Made by a program: the position numbers and the translations under genes. Shown here one piece after another: positions 1-11,500 of a DNA stretch of 64,000 bases. The number at the start of each line of letters is the position of its first letter. The first letter of the stretch is position 1. The stretch is from assembly GCA_048885925.1 (NCBI GenBank), contig JBHLLG010000007.1:1-64000 (forward strand), given 5' to 3'. Source of the stretch: Candidatus Hermodarchaeota archaeon. GTDB taxonomy: Archaea; Asgardarchaeota; Lokiarchaeia; Sigyniarchaeales; SOKP01. A model generated the notes under the pieces. That model searched no databases, was not told where the DNA came from, and was given only the letters and a program-made list of their open reading frames with translations.

Positions 1-152
1 AACCAATCAGTTTTTTGGTAAAAAAAGTATTTAATAATAATAATTATTTTGAAAATATTAAAGTATATTAAGATTTTATAATAACTTAAAATTAAAGTTT
101 TAATGAAATTAGACTATAATATAAACTTCCTAATTAGACTAATGGGGATTAT

Positions 153-1616
153 TTGACAAAAAAAAAATCTGATCTAGAGAAAAAAAATCCAATTGAAAAT
201 GAATTAAGTGAAGTTAAAAAAGATATTATAAGAGCGGTTGTTTTAAGCATCTTTGATGAAAATGGACCAACTGCTAAGGTTTTTTGGCCTAAGGATTTAG
301 ATGAAAGCGCAGGGTTATTGATTGCAATGAAAACCATTAGTTTATTAATGGGAGATGCTACTTACCAAGATGGCTCAGGAACAGAAGGAGTAAATTACTT
401 TGGCATATTACCTTTTCCCGATCTAAAATTAAATGGATTAACTTATTTTTTTCTTATTCCTGATGTTGAAGCTCGTGGAAAGGCTTTAGCTACCACTATT
501 ACAGTATTAATTGACGAAGATGATAAAGTTTTTTTCTATCAAAATATGAAATATTTGAGAATAATAATTGATAGAACTGCAATTGAAATACAAAATTCTA
601 AAAACCTAAATGATAAAATAAAAATTATTGATAACTTAAAAGAAGAATTATTTGAATTCACTAAAGAATTAAAAGATCCATTTTCTACAAAAAGACAAAT
701 TAAAATTCTTCTTACTGGCCTTGATAAAGCAGGTAAAACAAGTTTTTTACTTGGAATACGAAGAAAATATTCTGAAATCATCAAATCTTTACCAACTAAA
801 GGAGTTGAGAGATCGGAGGAAAATATTTTTGAGGAACAAAATTCAGTTATTTCAATATGGGATTTAGGAGGACAGAAGCAATATCGAGAAAGATTTCTTG
901 AACAAGGTAAAATATATTTATATAATATAGATGTATTGTTCTTTTTTATTGATATTCAAGATGTGGAAAGAATAAAAGAAGCACTTGATTTACTTGGTAA
1001 GATTTTAAACTCATTAATTGAAATTGAGGAATTTCCGCCCATAATACTTTGCTTAAATAAGTTCGATCCTGATTTAAAAGGAAATGAAGAAATATTTAAA
1101 AATTTAGAAATAATTGCTAATGAGATTAAAACGAATTCTGAGCGTTTTTTTATTAAAATCTTTCAAACAAGTATTTTTGATCATTGGAGTCTTATTTCTG
1201 CATATTCATTTGGTCTGTCTCAGTTAAGTCCTAATCGAGAATTATTTAGGAATCAATTGAAAAAATTTGCTAAAAAAACAAATTCAGAAGCTATTCTTTT
1301 GTTAAATGAAAATGGAATCATATTATCAAGCTTCTCCAAAACTGAAATTTCTGGAAAAGTTTTCGAAATTTCGGCACCACATTTTCAGAATCTATATAAA
1401 ACCTTTAAAGAATTTAAATTATTAGAACAAGATTTTATTGTATCTTCGGGAATTACGGATGAGTCCAAGAATATTATTTTTAAAAGAATAACTGTTGAAA
1501 AGTATAATTTATATTTACTCCTCTTCTTGGCAAAAACTTTAGAACTTGAAAAGATTGAAAGTAATTTACCGAATTTTTCAAAAAATCTTGTGGATTTAAT
1601 TCATACTTATATTTAG
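153..1616 (+). CDS. Longin/uDENN-like domain + Arf/Rag-like small GTPase + roadblock-like domain fusion
   Basis: G1 GLDKAGKT, G2 PTKG, G3 WDLGGQ, G4 NKFD. N-terminal VLSIFDENGP resembles the longin/uDENN FDxxGP motif; C-terminal AILLLNENGIILSS is roadblock-like. TTG start. Confidence 0.85.
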   Translation: MTKKKSDLEKKNPIENELSEVKKDIIRAVVLSIFDENGPTAKVFWPKDLDESAGLLIAMKTISLLMGDATYQDGSGTEGVNYFGILPFPDLKLNGLTYFFLIPDVEARGKALATTITVLIDEDDKVFFYQNMKYLRIIIDRTAIEIQNSKNLNDKIKIIDNLKEELFEFTKELKDPFSTKRQIKILLTGLDKAGKTSFLLGIRRKYSEIIKSLPTKGVERSEENIFEEQNSVISIWDLGGQKQYRERFLEQGKIYLYNIDVLFFFIDIQDVERIKEALDLLGKILNSLIEIEEFPPIILCLNKFDPDLKGNEEIFKNLEIIANEIKTNSERFFIKIFQTSIFDHWSLISAYSFGLSQLSPNRELFRNQLKKFAKKTNSEAILLLNENGIILSSFSKTEISGKVFEISAPHFQNLYKTFKEFKLLEQDFIVSSGITDESKNIIFKRITVEKYNLYLLLFLAKTLELEKIESNLPNFSKNLVDLIHTYI

Positions 1617-1645
1617 GTTTAAAAAAAGAAAAAAATAAACTAATA

Positions 1646-2923
1646 TTAGTAAGAAAATACTTCTTTTTTACGACCCTTTCTAACTAGTAGAATAACTACA
1701 ATCAATATAACTGCTAGTCCTACTGCTATAAAAATAACTACAAATATGGGAAAAAGTGGTGAAGGTACAAGGTTTGTCTCTAAAACAGTTATTTCAATAG
1801 AATATTGCCAATTATAAGCGGTGTGATCAGCACATACTGGAGATGGATTGATAGGAAACTCAGAAATATAATTATTAGGAGGTGTTGCCCCAGGTAAGAA
1901 AAACCAAGCTCCAATGTTTAAATTAAATCGAAGATAATCTATTCTATTAAAGTATCCCTTTCCCCAAGTAGGATCACATGCAATCCATCCTATATTAGGC
2001 ACATAATACTCAACCCACGCGTGTCCTAAAATTTCATTAGTAGAAGATACAGTTTGAGTTAATCCGTTATAATTAATATCAAATGTATATTTTCTCCCAC
2101 TTTTAGGAGTATGAGATGGATTATTGGAAATCAAAAAACCTGTTACCTTTCGAGCTGGAATGCTTTGTATTCTTAAGAGAGTTATCATTAAGTCTGAAAA
2201 TTCAGAACAATCACCATATTCCCTATTATATGCTTCAAGGGCTCCAATTTCATCATTTTGCTCTTGATAATCAATATTAGCTACAACCCAATTGAATATT
2301 TTTCTTGCTTTTTCCACGGTATTATTTTCAATACCTACAATAGTATTGGAAAGAGCAATTAAAGTTGGATCATTGCATTCATAATATTCTTCAGTAACGT
2401 TAAATAATGTATGTATTTCATCACCAGGATTGTAAATACCTATATCTTCATCTGGAATATCATTAAATTTAATTTCATTTAGCGTAATATTATATTTTTG
2501 ATCTATTATTATTTTTTCTGAGTTAGAAAGAGTGGCATTAAATAAATCATAAGTATTATTGAATTTATCTAAATATCCGTTTTCAATACTATCCCATCCT
2601 GTAATAGAATTATATAAAAATTCACTTTCTTGATATGGAGGGCAGTAGGGTGTTATTAAAGATTCTGGTTGGCGATCATTAAATCTGGCTACCTTGAAGT
2701 AGTAAGTTTGAGGTGAAAGTCTCGTATGTGTAAATGAGAAGTTGACTACAACCTGATATTTAACGCTTTGTGTAATATTATAATTAGAAACACCATCGCT
2801 ATAAGAAGATATATCTGGATATGAAATAGTAGTATTAGAGGGGATTAGTACAGTAATAGCCATTGAGTTAATTGAAGTCAAAAGTAGTAAATACAAAAAA
2901 ATATATGATCTCTTAGGCTTCAT
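1646..2923 (-). CDS. Membrane-anchored transglutaminase-like protein
   Basis: GDCSEF (Cys), GHAWVE (His), CDPTW (Asp) triad; N-terminal signal and C-terminal TM with basic tail. Confidence 0.88.
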   Translation of the reverse strand: MKPKRSYIFLYLLLLTSINSMAITVLIPSNTTISYPDISSYSDGVSNYNITQSVKYQVVVNFSFTHTRLSPQTYYFKVARFNDRQPESLITPYCPPYQESEFLYNSITGWDSIENGYLDKFNNTYDLFNATLSNSEKIIIDQKYNITLNEIKFNDIPDEDIGIYNPGDEIHTLFNVTEEYYECNDPTLIALSNTIVGIENNTVEKARKIFNWVVANIDYQEQNDEIGALEAYNREYGDCSEFSDLMITLLRIQSIPARKVTGFLISNNPSHTPKSGRKYTFDINYNGLTQTVSSTNEILGHAWVEYYVPNIGWIACDPTWGKGYFNRIDYLRFNLNIGAWFFLPGATPPNNYISEFPINPSPVCADHTAYNWQYSIEITVLETNLVPSPLFPIFVVIFIAVGLAVILIVVILLVRKGRKKEVFSY

Positions 2924-3077
2924 GTTTAAATCTATAGATTTTAAATTTTATTTTATAATAGACATAAAATTTACATTTTTAACTTTAATTATTACGATTT
3001 TTAAGTGTGTAAGTAAATTCAAAAGAGTAAATTTTTATGTATTTAATATATCTAAAAATATCTTAATTTCTTAAAAT

Positions 3078-3713
3078 TTGATTTATAAAGTATTTTTAAT
3101 TGACGCAGATAATGGTATATCACTTTTTGAATCAACATTTAGAGAATTAAAGAAGGTTCAAGATGATATTTTAACAGGATTTTTCAATGCTATAAATACA
3201 ACGATTGATGTTATTCAACAGGCTATGTCTAAAGGAAGGAGAGTTAATGAGATGGATAGAGTATTACACTCTGAAGATTCAACTATATTTATTCATTATC
3301 ACCCATTATCTAGAATCCTTTTCTGTTCAATCTCAGATGCAGATGATGATATTGATAAAGTTGATGATGTAATTAAAAAAATAGCAAATCGTTTTTGGAA
3401 GAAACATCAGTCTGATTTAAAAAATTTTAGAACGACGACAGATAAAAGTAGATTTCAAACACTAAATGCTGATATAGAGAATCTTACAATTGGAGGTCGG
3501 ATTGCTGAAGTATTCCCAAAATTATTAGTGGCTAAAAATGTATTAGATAAAGTACTCACCATGGGAATGATTACTGATTTTGATTTTCAGGTTGCTTTGC
3601 AATGTACAGAGAAAAATTCTTCATTAAAAATTTCAAGAATTTTAAATAAAAAGCGTAGTGAAATAGATGATGTTCTAAAAAAATTAGAACAATTAGAAAT
3701 AATTAAAATGTAA
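3078..3713 (+). CDS. Longin/roadblock-like domain with C-terminal winged helix
   Basis: VFLIDADNGISLFE...ILTGFFNAI longin-like pattern; C-terminal ISRILNKKRSEIDDVLKKLEQLEII HTH-like. Confidence 0.6.
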   Translation: MIYKVFLIDADNGISLFESTFRELKKVQDDILTGFFNAINTTIDVIQQAMSKGRRVNEMDRVLHSEDSTIFIHYHPLSRILFCSISDADDDIDKVDDVIKKIANRFWKKHQSDLKNFRTTTDKSRFQTLNADIENLTIGGRIAEVFPKLLVAKNVLDKVLTMGMITDFDFQVALQCTEKNSSLKISRILNKKRSEIDDVLKKLEQLEIIKM

Positions 3714-3834
3714 AAATCTAATTTAAAGGGTTTAAAAGTTTTTTGTGATATTTATTATTTTTAAAAATAATCTAAATAGAAAAAAATAAAAATTTTCATA
3801 GCTTCTCAAAAGTAATTATAAATATAATAGATTC

Positions 3835-4446
3835 ATGGAAAAAAAAATGGAAAAAAAACCTACACTTATAGCTATGGTAAAGAGTCCAGCTAAAGATGCC
3901 TATTTAAGACGAGGTGATGGTTTTTCTTTAAAAGAAGTTAAAGATGCAGGGAAATCTGTTGATTTATTGGAAAGATTGAATATTAAAATCGATTATTTAA
4001 GGAAATCTTCTCATCCTAGAAATATAGAGCAATTAAAGGCCTTAGAAATCCCTAAACTGGAAAAGAAAAAAAAGAAGCCTTATGTTAAAAAAGAAAAGAA
4101 GAGAACCCCATTTAAACCTAAAGAAGAAAAAGCAAGACCAAAACCCAAAAGGATAGTAAAAGAGAAACCCAGAGAAACTCCAACTAAACCAAAACGAAAA
4201 GCTGAAAAGAAAGAAAAAATAAAACCTGTTAAATTAGAAAAAATACCCATTAAAGCTGTAGGGATTCCTCTAACTGAATTATCAGGCTTAGGTGCAGCCA
4301 CAGCGAAAAAATTTACTGAGCTTGGTGTTAATAATGTTGAAGATCTATGTAAAGAAAATCCTGAAGAATTATCCACTTTAATTAGAGGAGTGTCCATAGA
4401 ACGATTAAAAAAATGGATTGAAGAAGGAAAAGAATTGATAAAATAA
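3835..4446 (+). CDS. rpl13e: Ribosomal protein eL13-like domain fused through a Lys-rich linker to a helix-hairpin-helix domain
   Basis: RRGDGFSLKEVKDAG...IDYLRKSSHPRNIEQLK matches the L13e pattern; LTELSGLGAATAKKFTELGVNNVEDL is an HhH. Confidence 0.75.
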   Translation: MEKKMEKKPTLIAMVKSPAKDAYLRRGDGFSLKEVKDAGKSVDLLERLNIKIDYLRKSSHPRNIEQLKALEIPKLEKKKKKPYVKKEKKRTPFKPKEEKARPKPKRIVKEKPRETPTKPKRKAEKKEKIKPVKLEKIPIKAVGIPLTELSGLGAATAKKFTELGVNNVEDLCKENPEELSTLIRGVSIERLKKWIEEGKELIK

Positions 4447-4591
4447 ATTTCCATTTCTATTATTTTAACCTCTTTAATCAATCAGAAATTATTTAAAGCT
4501 TCAAATTATTAGTACAGAAACTTTATAAGCAATAAATTTATGATAGTAGTAATTTATTTCTTGAATTATAGATGAAATAATAGGGAATGAT

Positions 4592-5083
4592 ATGGAATAT
4601 AATTATTTCGTATATAATAAACCAGAATGTGGAATTATAATCAATAAAATGCCAGTTTGGTATATTGAAGCAGAATATAATGGAGATGAACATAAAGGTT
4701 CTATCATTTTAAATTCTAAGAACGATTATGACGAGATTTGGGGTTCAGAATCTAGAATGGAAATATCCTGGGAAAAGAAAGATCGCATGAACCTATTATA
4801 TTATAAGGAAGTACAGAATAGTATAGATGTTTATAATGCCATTGGCTTAGTTGTAACAGAAAAAAGTAGAGATTGGTTAATGAGTCATGAAATAACTTAT
4901 TGGTATGGGCATCGAAATAAAATGATAAGAAAAAGATTTTATCATGAAAGAGGAATCCATTGTATATTTTATTGTGATATCAAAGAACGGCTCTTTAATC
5001 TTCATACTTCTATTATTGGAGAATTATTTGATACTTATAAGCCATTTATACTGAATTCTTATAATTCAATTTTATGTCATTAA
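4592..5083 (+). CDS. Hypothetical protein
   Basis: 163-aa ORF with an upstream TATA-like sequence; no motif recognised. Confidence 0.65.
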   Translation: MEYNYFVYNKPECGIIINKMPVWYIEAEYNGDEHKGSIILNSKNDYDEIWGSESRMEISWEKKDRMNLLYYKEVQNSIDVYNAIGLVVTEKSRDWLMSHEITYWYGHRNKMIRKRFYHERGIHCIFYCDIKERLFNLHTSIIGELFDTYKPFILNSYNSILCH

Positions 5084-5826
5084 ATTTCAGGCTTACGAGC
5101 GAAAATGAAAAAGTTATCCTTTTTAGTAGGTCCACCTGTTATTTTGAATTCAATAATCTTAAAAATCTTAAAGAGTTTTTTAAGTTCTTTTTTAGAAAAA
5201 AAGTGATAAAACCGATTAAATGTCTTTTCACCTTTTGAAAGCGTCCATGGGACAAATCTATCTCCAAATTCTTCTAATCCAATTTTAGCCTGCTGTTCCT
5301 TGTAATTAAAAGTAAAATATCTTCTAAACCAATCAAAAAGAAAATAGTTTCTTAAGTTTTTTTGCCATTTACGCCAAACGGTTACTATTAAATTTCCATT
5401 TGTTCTTAAGAATCTATATATTTGAAGAATGGTTTTTTTTCTTTCAGATTTTTTCATGATATGATGTATAGTAGCAATTAAAAAAATAGTGTTAATTGTA
5501 TTTTCTCTAATAGGCAGGCTAGTGATATTTCCTAAAATAAGCTGAATATTGTCCCTTTCAGATTTAGAATATTGGTCAGATTCATTGAGATTGATTTTTG
5601 CAATTTTAAGTAATTCAAGAGAGATATCAATACCAATCAACTTTTTGGGTGAATCACCTAATATTTTAAAGTTTCTACCATTTGCGCATCCTAAATCTAA
5701 AATTAATCCATTAAATGAATATCCTTTCTTTCTTAGATGATTTAAGAAAATCTCAAGTGGACGCCACGGTTTTTTACGCTTCGAATGATAATCGTTTGCA
5801 AAATGGTTAAAGTTAGAATACTTCAT
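5080..5826 (-). CDS. Class I SAM methyltransferase, Trm9/ALKBH8-like
   Basis: LDLGCANGR motif I; IATIHH, VPW and RFYHFF resemble Trm9/ALKBH8 motifs. Confidence 0.8.
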   Translation of the reverse strand: MKYSNFNHFANDYHSKRKKPWRPLEIFLNHLRKKGYSFNGLILDLGCANGRNFKILGDSPKKLIGIDISLELLKIAKINLNESDQYSKSERDNIQLILGNITSLPIRENTINTIFLIATIHHIMKKSERKKTILQIYRFLRTNGNLIVTVWRKWQKNLRNYFLFDWFRRYFTFNYKEQQAKIGLEEFGDRFVPWTLSKGEKTFNRFYHFFSKKELKKLFKIFKIIEFKITGGPTKKDNFFIFARKPEI

Positions 5827-6154
5827 AAATACCTACATTTTATCTCAATCCTAATAATTTCTAAAGATTATATCATTATTTATTATTTTATAATTTTTTC
5901 AAATCCTTCTACCGGAATTAACTATATTTTCAGATCTACTAAAAAATATAGATTTTTCCTTAGATATGCTAATGAAATTAATATCATTCAAATAATAAAA
6001 GTTATCTACAAAAAAAAGATAAATATTCAATAATATAATTAAATGTTAAAATTAAAGGAAATATAGAATACATTAGTCTATAAAACAGAATAAATGTTAT
6101 TATTAATATACAATTTTCATATATTATTCTAGATTACTATTTATTTATTGACAT

Positions 6155-7750
6155 ATGAAGAAGATTACAGATATTTTAACTGATTTAATTGAAAATTTGA
6201 AAGATGATATTTTACAATATTATCTTAAAAGTCATTCTTATCTAATAGATCTCATTAATTATAAAAAAGTCGATTTAAATAAGAAAATTGAGGGTGAGAA
6301 TGAAAAAAATATAAATAATACCTTAAAAAAAATGCTAAAAGCAATTAAAACTGGTCTAAATACAATTGGTGTTTCAATAGAGGTTTTAAATAAAAATGAA
6401 AAACATTTTTTAGAACAATTAAACAAAGAAAATATGGTTTTTGTTGATTATAAGTCATATTTTAATTTTTTTTTTGAAAATTATATATATAAAATCCTAT
6501 TTGAAATTATAATAGATTATTTACTTGAAATTGAAAAAAAAAAATTAGAGAATGCAAGTCTATTTGATTTAACCCCTCCAAACTTTACTTTGAAACTTAA
6601 TAAAATAAAAAATGAATATTTTGATTCTTCTGAAATAGTAAATTTATTTATTGATCACAATTATGCTGATTTTATTAATTTATCAGATTTGACTATTAAA
6701 TTTAAAAAAATTACAGAATCAGATATCTTAAAACAATTGAGGGAAGCTAAAGAAGATATTATTGAGAGTCTTAAAACACCTAAGAAAGATTTATCAACAC
6801 CCTCAATCGAAAAAATTTTACCTCAAAAAGAGGTTAAAGTAGGTATAGAAGAATTTTCCGGAACTTTCCTCGATTCTTTCGGAAATTTTAATGCTATACA
6901 TCCAGAGATTATTAAAAACTTCAAAATCGATAAGGTCAGTTTGATAAATTCAAAAATAGTTGATATAGGTTATTTTGATTTAGAGAATTTATTCTATTTT
7001 ATTTCTATTATAAAAATGCTAGATTTAGAATTTCCTTTTAATTATAACGAGATTATAGATATTATGAAGAATTTTATCAATGGAAAGGTATTTAGTTCTT
7101 CAAAAAATAATATATCGGATCCAAAAAACATCTTCTATGGGCTTTCAATATTTTCAGAATTAGATTTATTTAATAAAACAAATATTGTAGATATATTTGA
7201 AATTGAAAAGTATCTCAAATCATATTTAGCAGACTTTATTCCAGAAAAATTAGAAATGAATTTATATGCATTACTTAGTTTAAAATTAATGCAAAAAATG
7301 AGTAAAATTCTTATAAGTAAAGAGATGATTAAAAAGTTAATTTATAATTTAAATGTTTTAAATTTACAAGAATTTATCCCAACTTTTGATATGTATAACC
7401 ATTTAGCATCAATAAAACTACTAGACAGAGAAGCAAATCTTCACCAATTTAAATCAAATTATATTAATGAGATAAAAAAGTTGATACTATCAAATGGGTC
7501 TGTTAATGAAATTATTTCAGATTCCGCACGAGCCTTACTTATCATTGATTTACTGAATTTGAAAGAGCAAGAATCTGATTTGTGTAGTAATTTACTAAAT
7601 TTCATTTTTAACAGGATTCATTTTTTTGATCCTGAAAATCTTAATATTGATTTCAATTGGCGTAAAGATAAACTAGGATATAAATTAGAGTTAAGAATGT
7701 TATTCTGGGCTTTATTAGCTAATTCACAATATTTTACACTTATCCATTAA
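6155..7750 (+). CDS. Hypothetical alpha-helical protein; C-terminal half possibly an alpha-alpha barrel
   Basis: 531-aa ORF, helical composition, weak prenyltransferase-repeat-like segments. Confidence 0.6.
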   Translation: MKKITDILTDLIENLKDDILQYYLKSHSYLIDLINYKKVDLNKKIEGENEKNINNTLKKMLKAIKTGLNTIGVSIEVLNKNEKHFLEQLNKENMVFVDYKSYFNFFFENYIYKILFEIIIDYLLEIEKKKLENASLFDLTPPNFTLKLNKIKNEYFDSSEIVNLFIDHNYADFINLSDLTIKFKKITESDILKQLREAKEDIIESLKTPKKDLSTPSIEKILPQKEVKVGIEEFSGTFLDSFGNFNAIHPEIIKNFKIDKVSLINSKIVDIGYFDLENLFYFISIIKMLDLEFPFNYNEIIDIMKNFINGKVFSSSKNNISDPKNIFYGLSIFSELDLFNKTNIVDIFEIEKYLKSYLADFIPEKLEMNLYALLSLKLMQKMSKILISKEMIKKLIYNLNVLNLQEFIPTFDMYNHLASIKLLDREANLHQFKSNYINEIKKLILSNGSVNEIISDSARALLIIDLLNLKEQESDLCSNLLNFIFNRIHFFDPENLNIDFNWRKDKLGYKLELRMLFWALLANSQYFTLIH

Positions 7751-7831
7751 AAATAATTGTATTTTCTTGTTACATTTTAATTTATTTGTAATATAAATTT
7801 AAGAATATGAGACATTTAACGAAAGCAAAAA

Positions 7832-8443
7832 TTAAATATCATCTATTTTGATAATTCTTAGCAAATATTCTTTAGCAGTGGGCTTAACTTTTTTTCTTTT
7901 AACCTGTTTATTCCATTCAGTATTAAATTTATGATTTAGTTTCAAGTATTCCAAGGTTTTAATTCCCAAATTAATCCAGGAATTTTCATCAATAATCGGT
8001 GATTTATTACCAATTCCGGGACAATATTCTTCTCCTTTTTTAGTATAAAATATAACTAATTCTCCATTTTTCTTGTTATCACTTTCATCTATTAACTTAA
8101 ATGAAAAAGGAAATGTTCTACAAAACATTGGTCTTAGATCATAAATTAAACAAGTTTTTTTTGTGGAATCATAGAAATAACAGCCTCCCAAGCTATTTTT
8201 TAAAAGTGCAATAAAAGCTAAACCTTTTTCAGTAATTATTGGAGTTAAAATCATTTTTTCCTGATCTTGGGAAGTAAACTCATTGTTAGAAATATAGAAT
8301 CCTACAATTTCGAGGATTTCATTTAATTCTAAATTTAACCCCTTTTTTATTCTTAATATATCAAAATATGTAAGATTCACTAATGTATTTTTATCAGTAC
8401 AACAATTTCCACATCTTGTACAAATAAATCTTAATTTTTTCAT
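7832..8443 (-). CDS. YkgJ-family cysteine cluster protein
   Basis: CTRCGNCC, CYFYD...CLIYDLRPMFCRTFPF, CPG. Confidence 0.9.
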   Translation of the reverse strand: MKKLRFICTRCGNCCTDKNTLVNLTYFDILRIKKGLNLELNEILEIVGFYISNNEFTSQDQEKMILTPIITEKGLAFIALLKNSLGGCYFYDSTKKTCLIYDLRPMFCRTFPFSFKLIDESDNKKNGELVIFYTKKGEEYCPGIGNKSPIIDENSWINLGIKTLEYLKLNHKFNTEWNKQVKRKKVKPTAKEYLLRIIKIDDI

Positions 8444-8504
8444 ATTTCTTATAAGAAAAGAAGTAAAAATTAAAAAAAAATAAATGGGTTTTATTATGAT
8501 TTAG

Positions 8505-11500
8505 TTATTTAGGTAAAATTAGTCCTTTTCTAATTAATGATTCAATTGCTACTATGATTAAATCTTTATTTTCCTCATGGACTAATTCAATTATATTATT
8601 TAAATTAGGAATTGTATTCTCTTTTGACATTGATTGAATAACATTTATTACACGTATTTCCATTATCGTTATACTTTTGTCTTTCTTCAATTTAATGAGA
8701 TTTAAATCATCAGGTAATTTGAATGAATCCTTATAATATAATTCAAAATATTCATTTAATATTTGTGGAATTAGTATTTCAAAATCATCCAAAGAACCAT
8801 CCCAGTTTTCTAATTCTTTCGATAATTTTAAATTAAGAGCTAGTAAAAGATGTGATACTTGACTTTTTAAACGCTCGGAGGATTTTTCCTTAAGAATAAA
8901 CACAACCCGTATATCTTCTACATCTGCAATTAAACAATAAAATTGTTTAAAGTCTAATTCAATAATTTTTTCAATACCATAAGTTTTTTCTGATTCAGTC
9001 TCATCTAATGTAACAACCTCTCTTTCTGTAAATTCTTCTCCAATTGTAGTGATAGCTTGGATAAATCCTGAAAATAATTCCTTTTTGTGTTTCTCTAAAA
9101 TTGAATAACTTTTTGAAAAGAAAGGAATTCCACTTAACTTATGAACTATTACAATAGCTTGTATATTATTGAGATCCTTAAATCTCTGAGTTTTTAATAG
9201 TAATTCCGCTTCTTTTTTACGTTTATGTGGCAAAATGACGTAAGATCTTAAACTTAAAGCACCTAGAACACTCGCTATGCTTATTAAAATACCTATAATA
9301 ATCCATAATAAATAATTTGGAAAGCCTTTTCCATTAGTAATAGGTTCACCAATAACTACAATGAAAGAATATTGTGTTACTTGATAAGTTGAATTTTCAG
9401 GAGTAATTATAATATTAAATTTATAATTACCCTGTAAATTTTCAGGTAGCTTAATGAAAGTTTGATAAAATCCAGGTTCTGTTTCATTCAATGAACCCAA
9501 ACCATACTCCCAAGAATAACTTACATGGGCATTTTCAAGAGAATTATTAGTTATTGGATCCAAAAGTTTTATTTGTATATTGATAGTTTGTCCAATCTCA
9601 GCATTTAATGAATCTTCAAAATTAATTGGTTTAATATTAATTTCAATTTGATTTATAAATAACTGGAATGGGAATATACATAAATCGTAGTTATCCTTTT
9701 CAAGACTAATATCAATTAAATTTCGTCCTAATGTAACTATAGAGGGAGAACAGTTTAGCGAAATATTATACCAGAAATCACCTGAATATGGTATATTTAC
9801 TAAGTAATCTTTACATTTTAATGTTAAATCTTCACCAGGTAAATAATTTTTAGTTATAGTATCAGAAATTCTTACAGAAACAGATAATTTATCATTAAAT
9901 GATTTTTCTACTAGATCTAATTCTTGAATTTTTAATGAATCAATATACACGGATACATTTGCTTGTCTATTAGTTATAAGAACTCCTATAATTATATTTT
10001 TTGATTCATACCCTTCTGCATCTGCGTAAATAATTAGTGAATGAAACTTATTTACTTCATATGCTGAAGTATTGCACATAATAGTATATTCTCCAGGACT
10101 TAATTCTACTGAATAAGTACTATCAATCCAATTATTTGTAGGAATAGTGGAAATACCCATTCCCGAAGATTTCGTTGTATAATTAAGATGAATTGTGAAA
10201 TTTTCATTCCACATAACTTGTATGTTTGGATATTCTTCGGCGGTAAGAGTCGTTGCCTGAATTAGTTCGATAGTTACATTAACTTGATTATTAATATATA
10301 AAGAAGAATTAGCATAAATCGTTATTATATTATCTCCAGCATAACCTCCTGTAGTATTAAACTCGAGTAAATAATAGCCAGGACTTATTTCATTGAAAGT
10401 TTGCATTTCGCTCATAAAATCATATACATATACTTGAGCATTACGTATAGCCTTATTATCAACCTTATCATTAAAGGAAACCTTTATATTAATTATATTT
10501 CCTTCAAAAAGATCTGGAAAATTAGTCTGATCGGGAATTAATTTTGATTGATGTATTACAGTAAATTTTTTATAAATAACGCCAGTCTCATTTAACCCTG
10601 GATTATATGAATTATTCCATGTAATTATTGCCTCATACTCTCCAACCTCATAATTGGGCATTAATGAAGGTATCTGAAAATAGTCAAAATATATATTTCC
10701 ATTAGTATCAAGCAATTTATACTGATTTTGAGCTGTCCAGATTGTACCGTTTGGAAATCTTACATAAAGTTGAGCTTTAGTTTGGTCAATATAACCAGAA
10801 ATCAATGGTGAATTTGTTATTTTTCCAGTTATATTAATATAATCTCCACTTAAAAATGTATTATTCTGAAGCCATCCCCCCGTTTCATTGTTATATATGG
10901 TTATTTGTTCACAATAATTTGGAGATAATGCTTTAAACTTCCAAAAACCATCAGGAGTTTCAGATATAGTATCTACTGGAATTATGAGAAGACCTTGAGT
11001 TGAATTATCACATAGATTTAATCTATTTATGCTTGGATCTTGAGGTTCAGATACCCAGGTTATATTCACATCAGTCGGAAATTCAAGGCTCATTTCTCTC
11101 TCTTTATATCCGGTTGGAACAGCGAAATACGAATAGCACTCCCAATTTACCATACTATTATTATTCACAGAGAAACTGGTACCCAACGAACCTGTATTTG
11201 TTTCGAAATTCGTTTCTGGAGTACCTTTTCTTGCGTAAAAATTTAGATCTGTCTTTAATTCTATATTATAACTGCCCAATCCCCAAATATCTGCGCTGGT
11301 GAAATTTGCTTGTACTGGTGTTGAAGACCAATTACTATTTCGTTCGACAATTCCTTTACCCCAATCAATATCCGTTACATTAAGATCATTCATTTTTAAT
11401 CTTATTCCAGATGGTTTTGCTTCTGCTTTTATTATCAATTTTACATTATCAATAAACATTTGTTGATATTCACCTTCAAGAAATCCTGTATATCCCCCAG

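Noticed and set aside
5785-6033. 82-aa ORF and other short ORFs overlapping longer genes (e.g. 4080-4481, 24980-25417, 43129-43479, 56796-57116)
   Set aside because: Antisense or alternate-frame shadows of well-supported genes, or low-complexity AT-rich sequence with no motifs.
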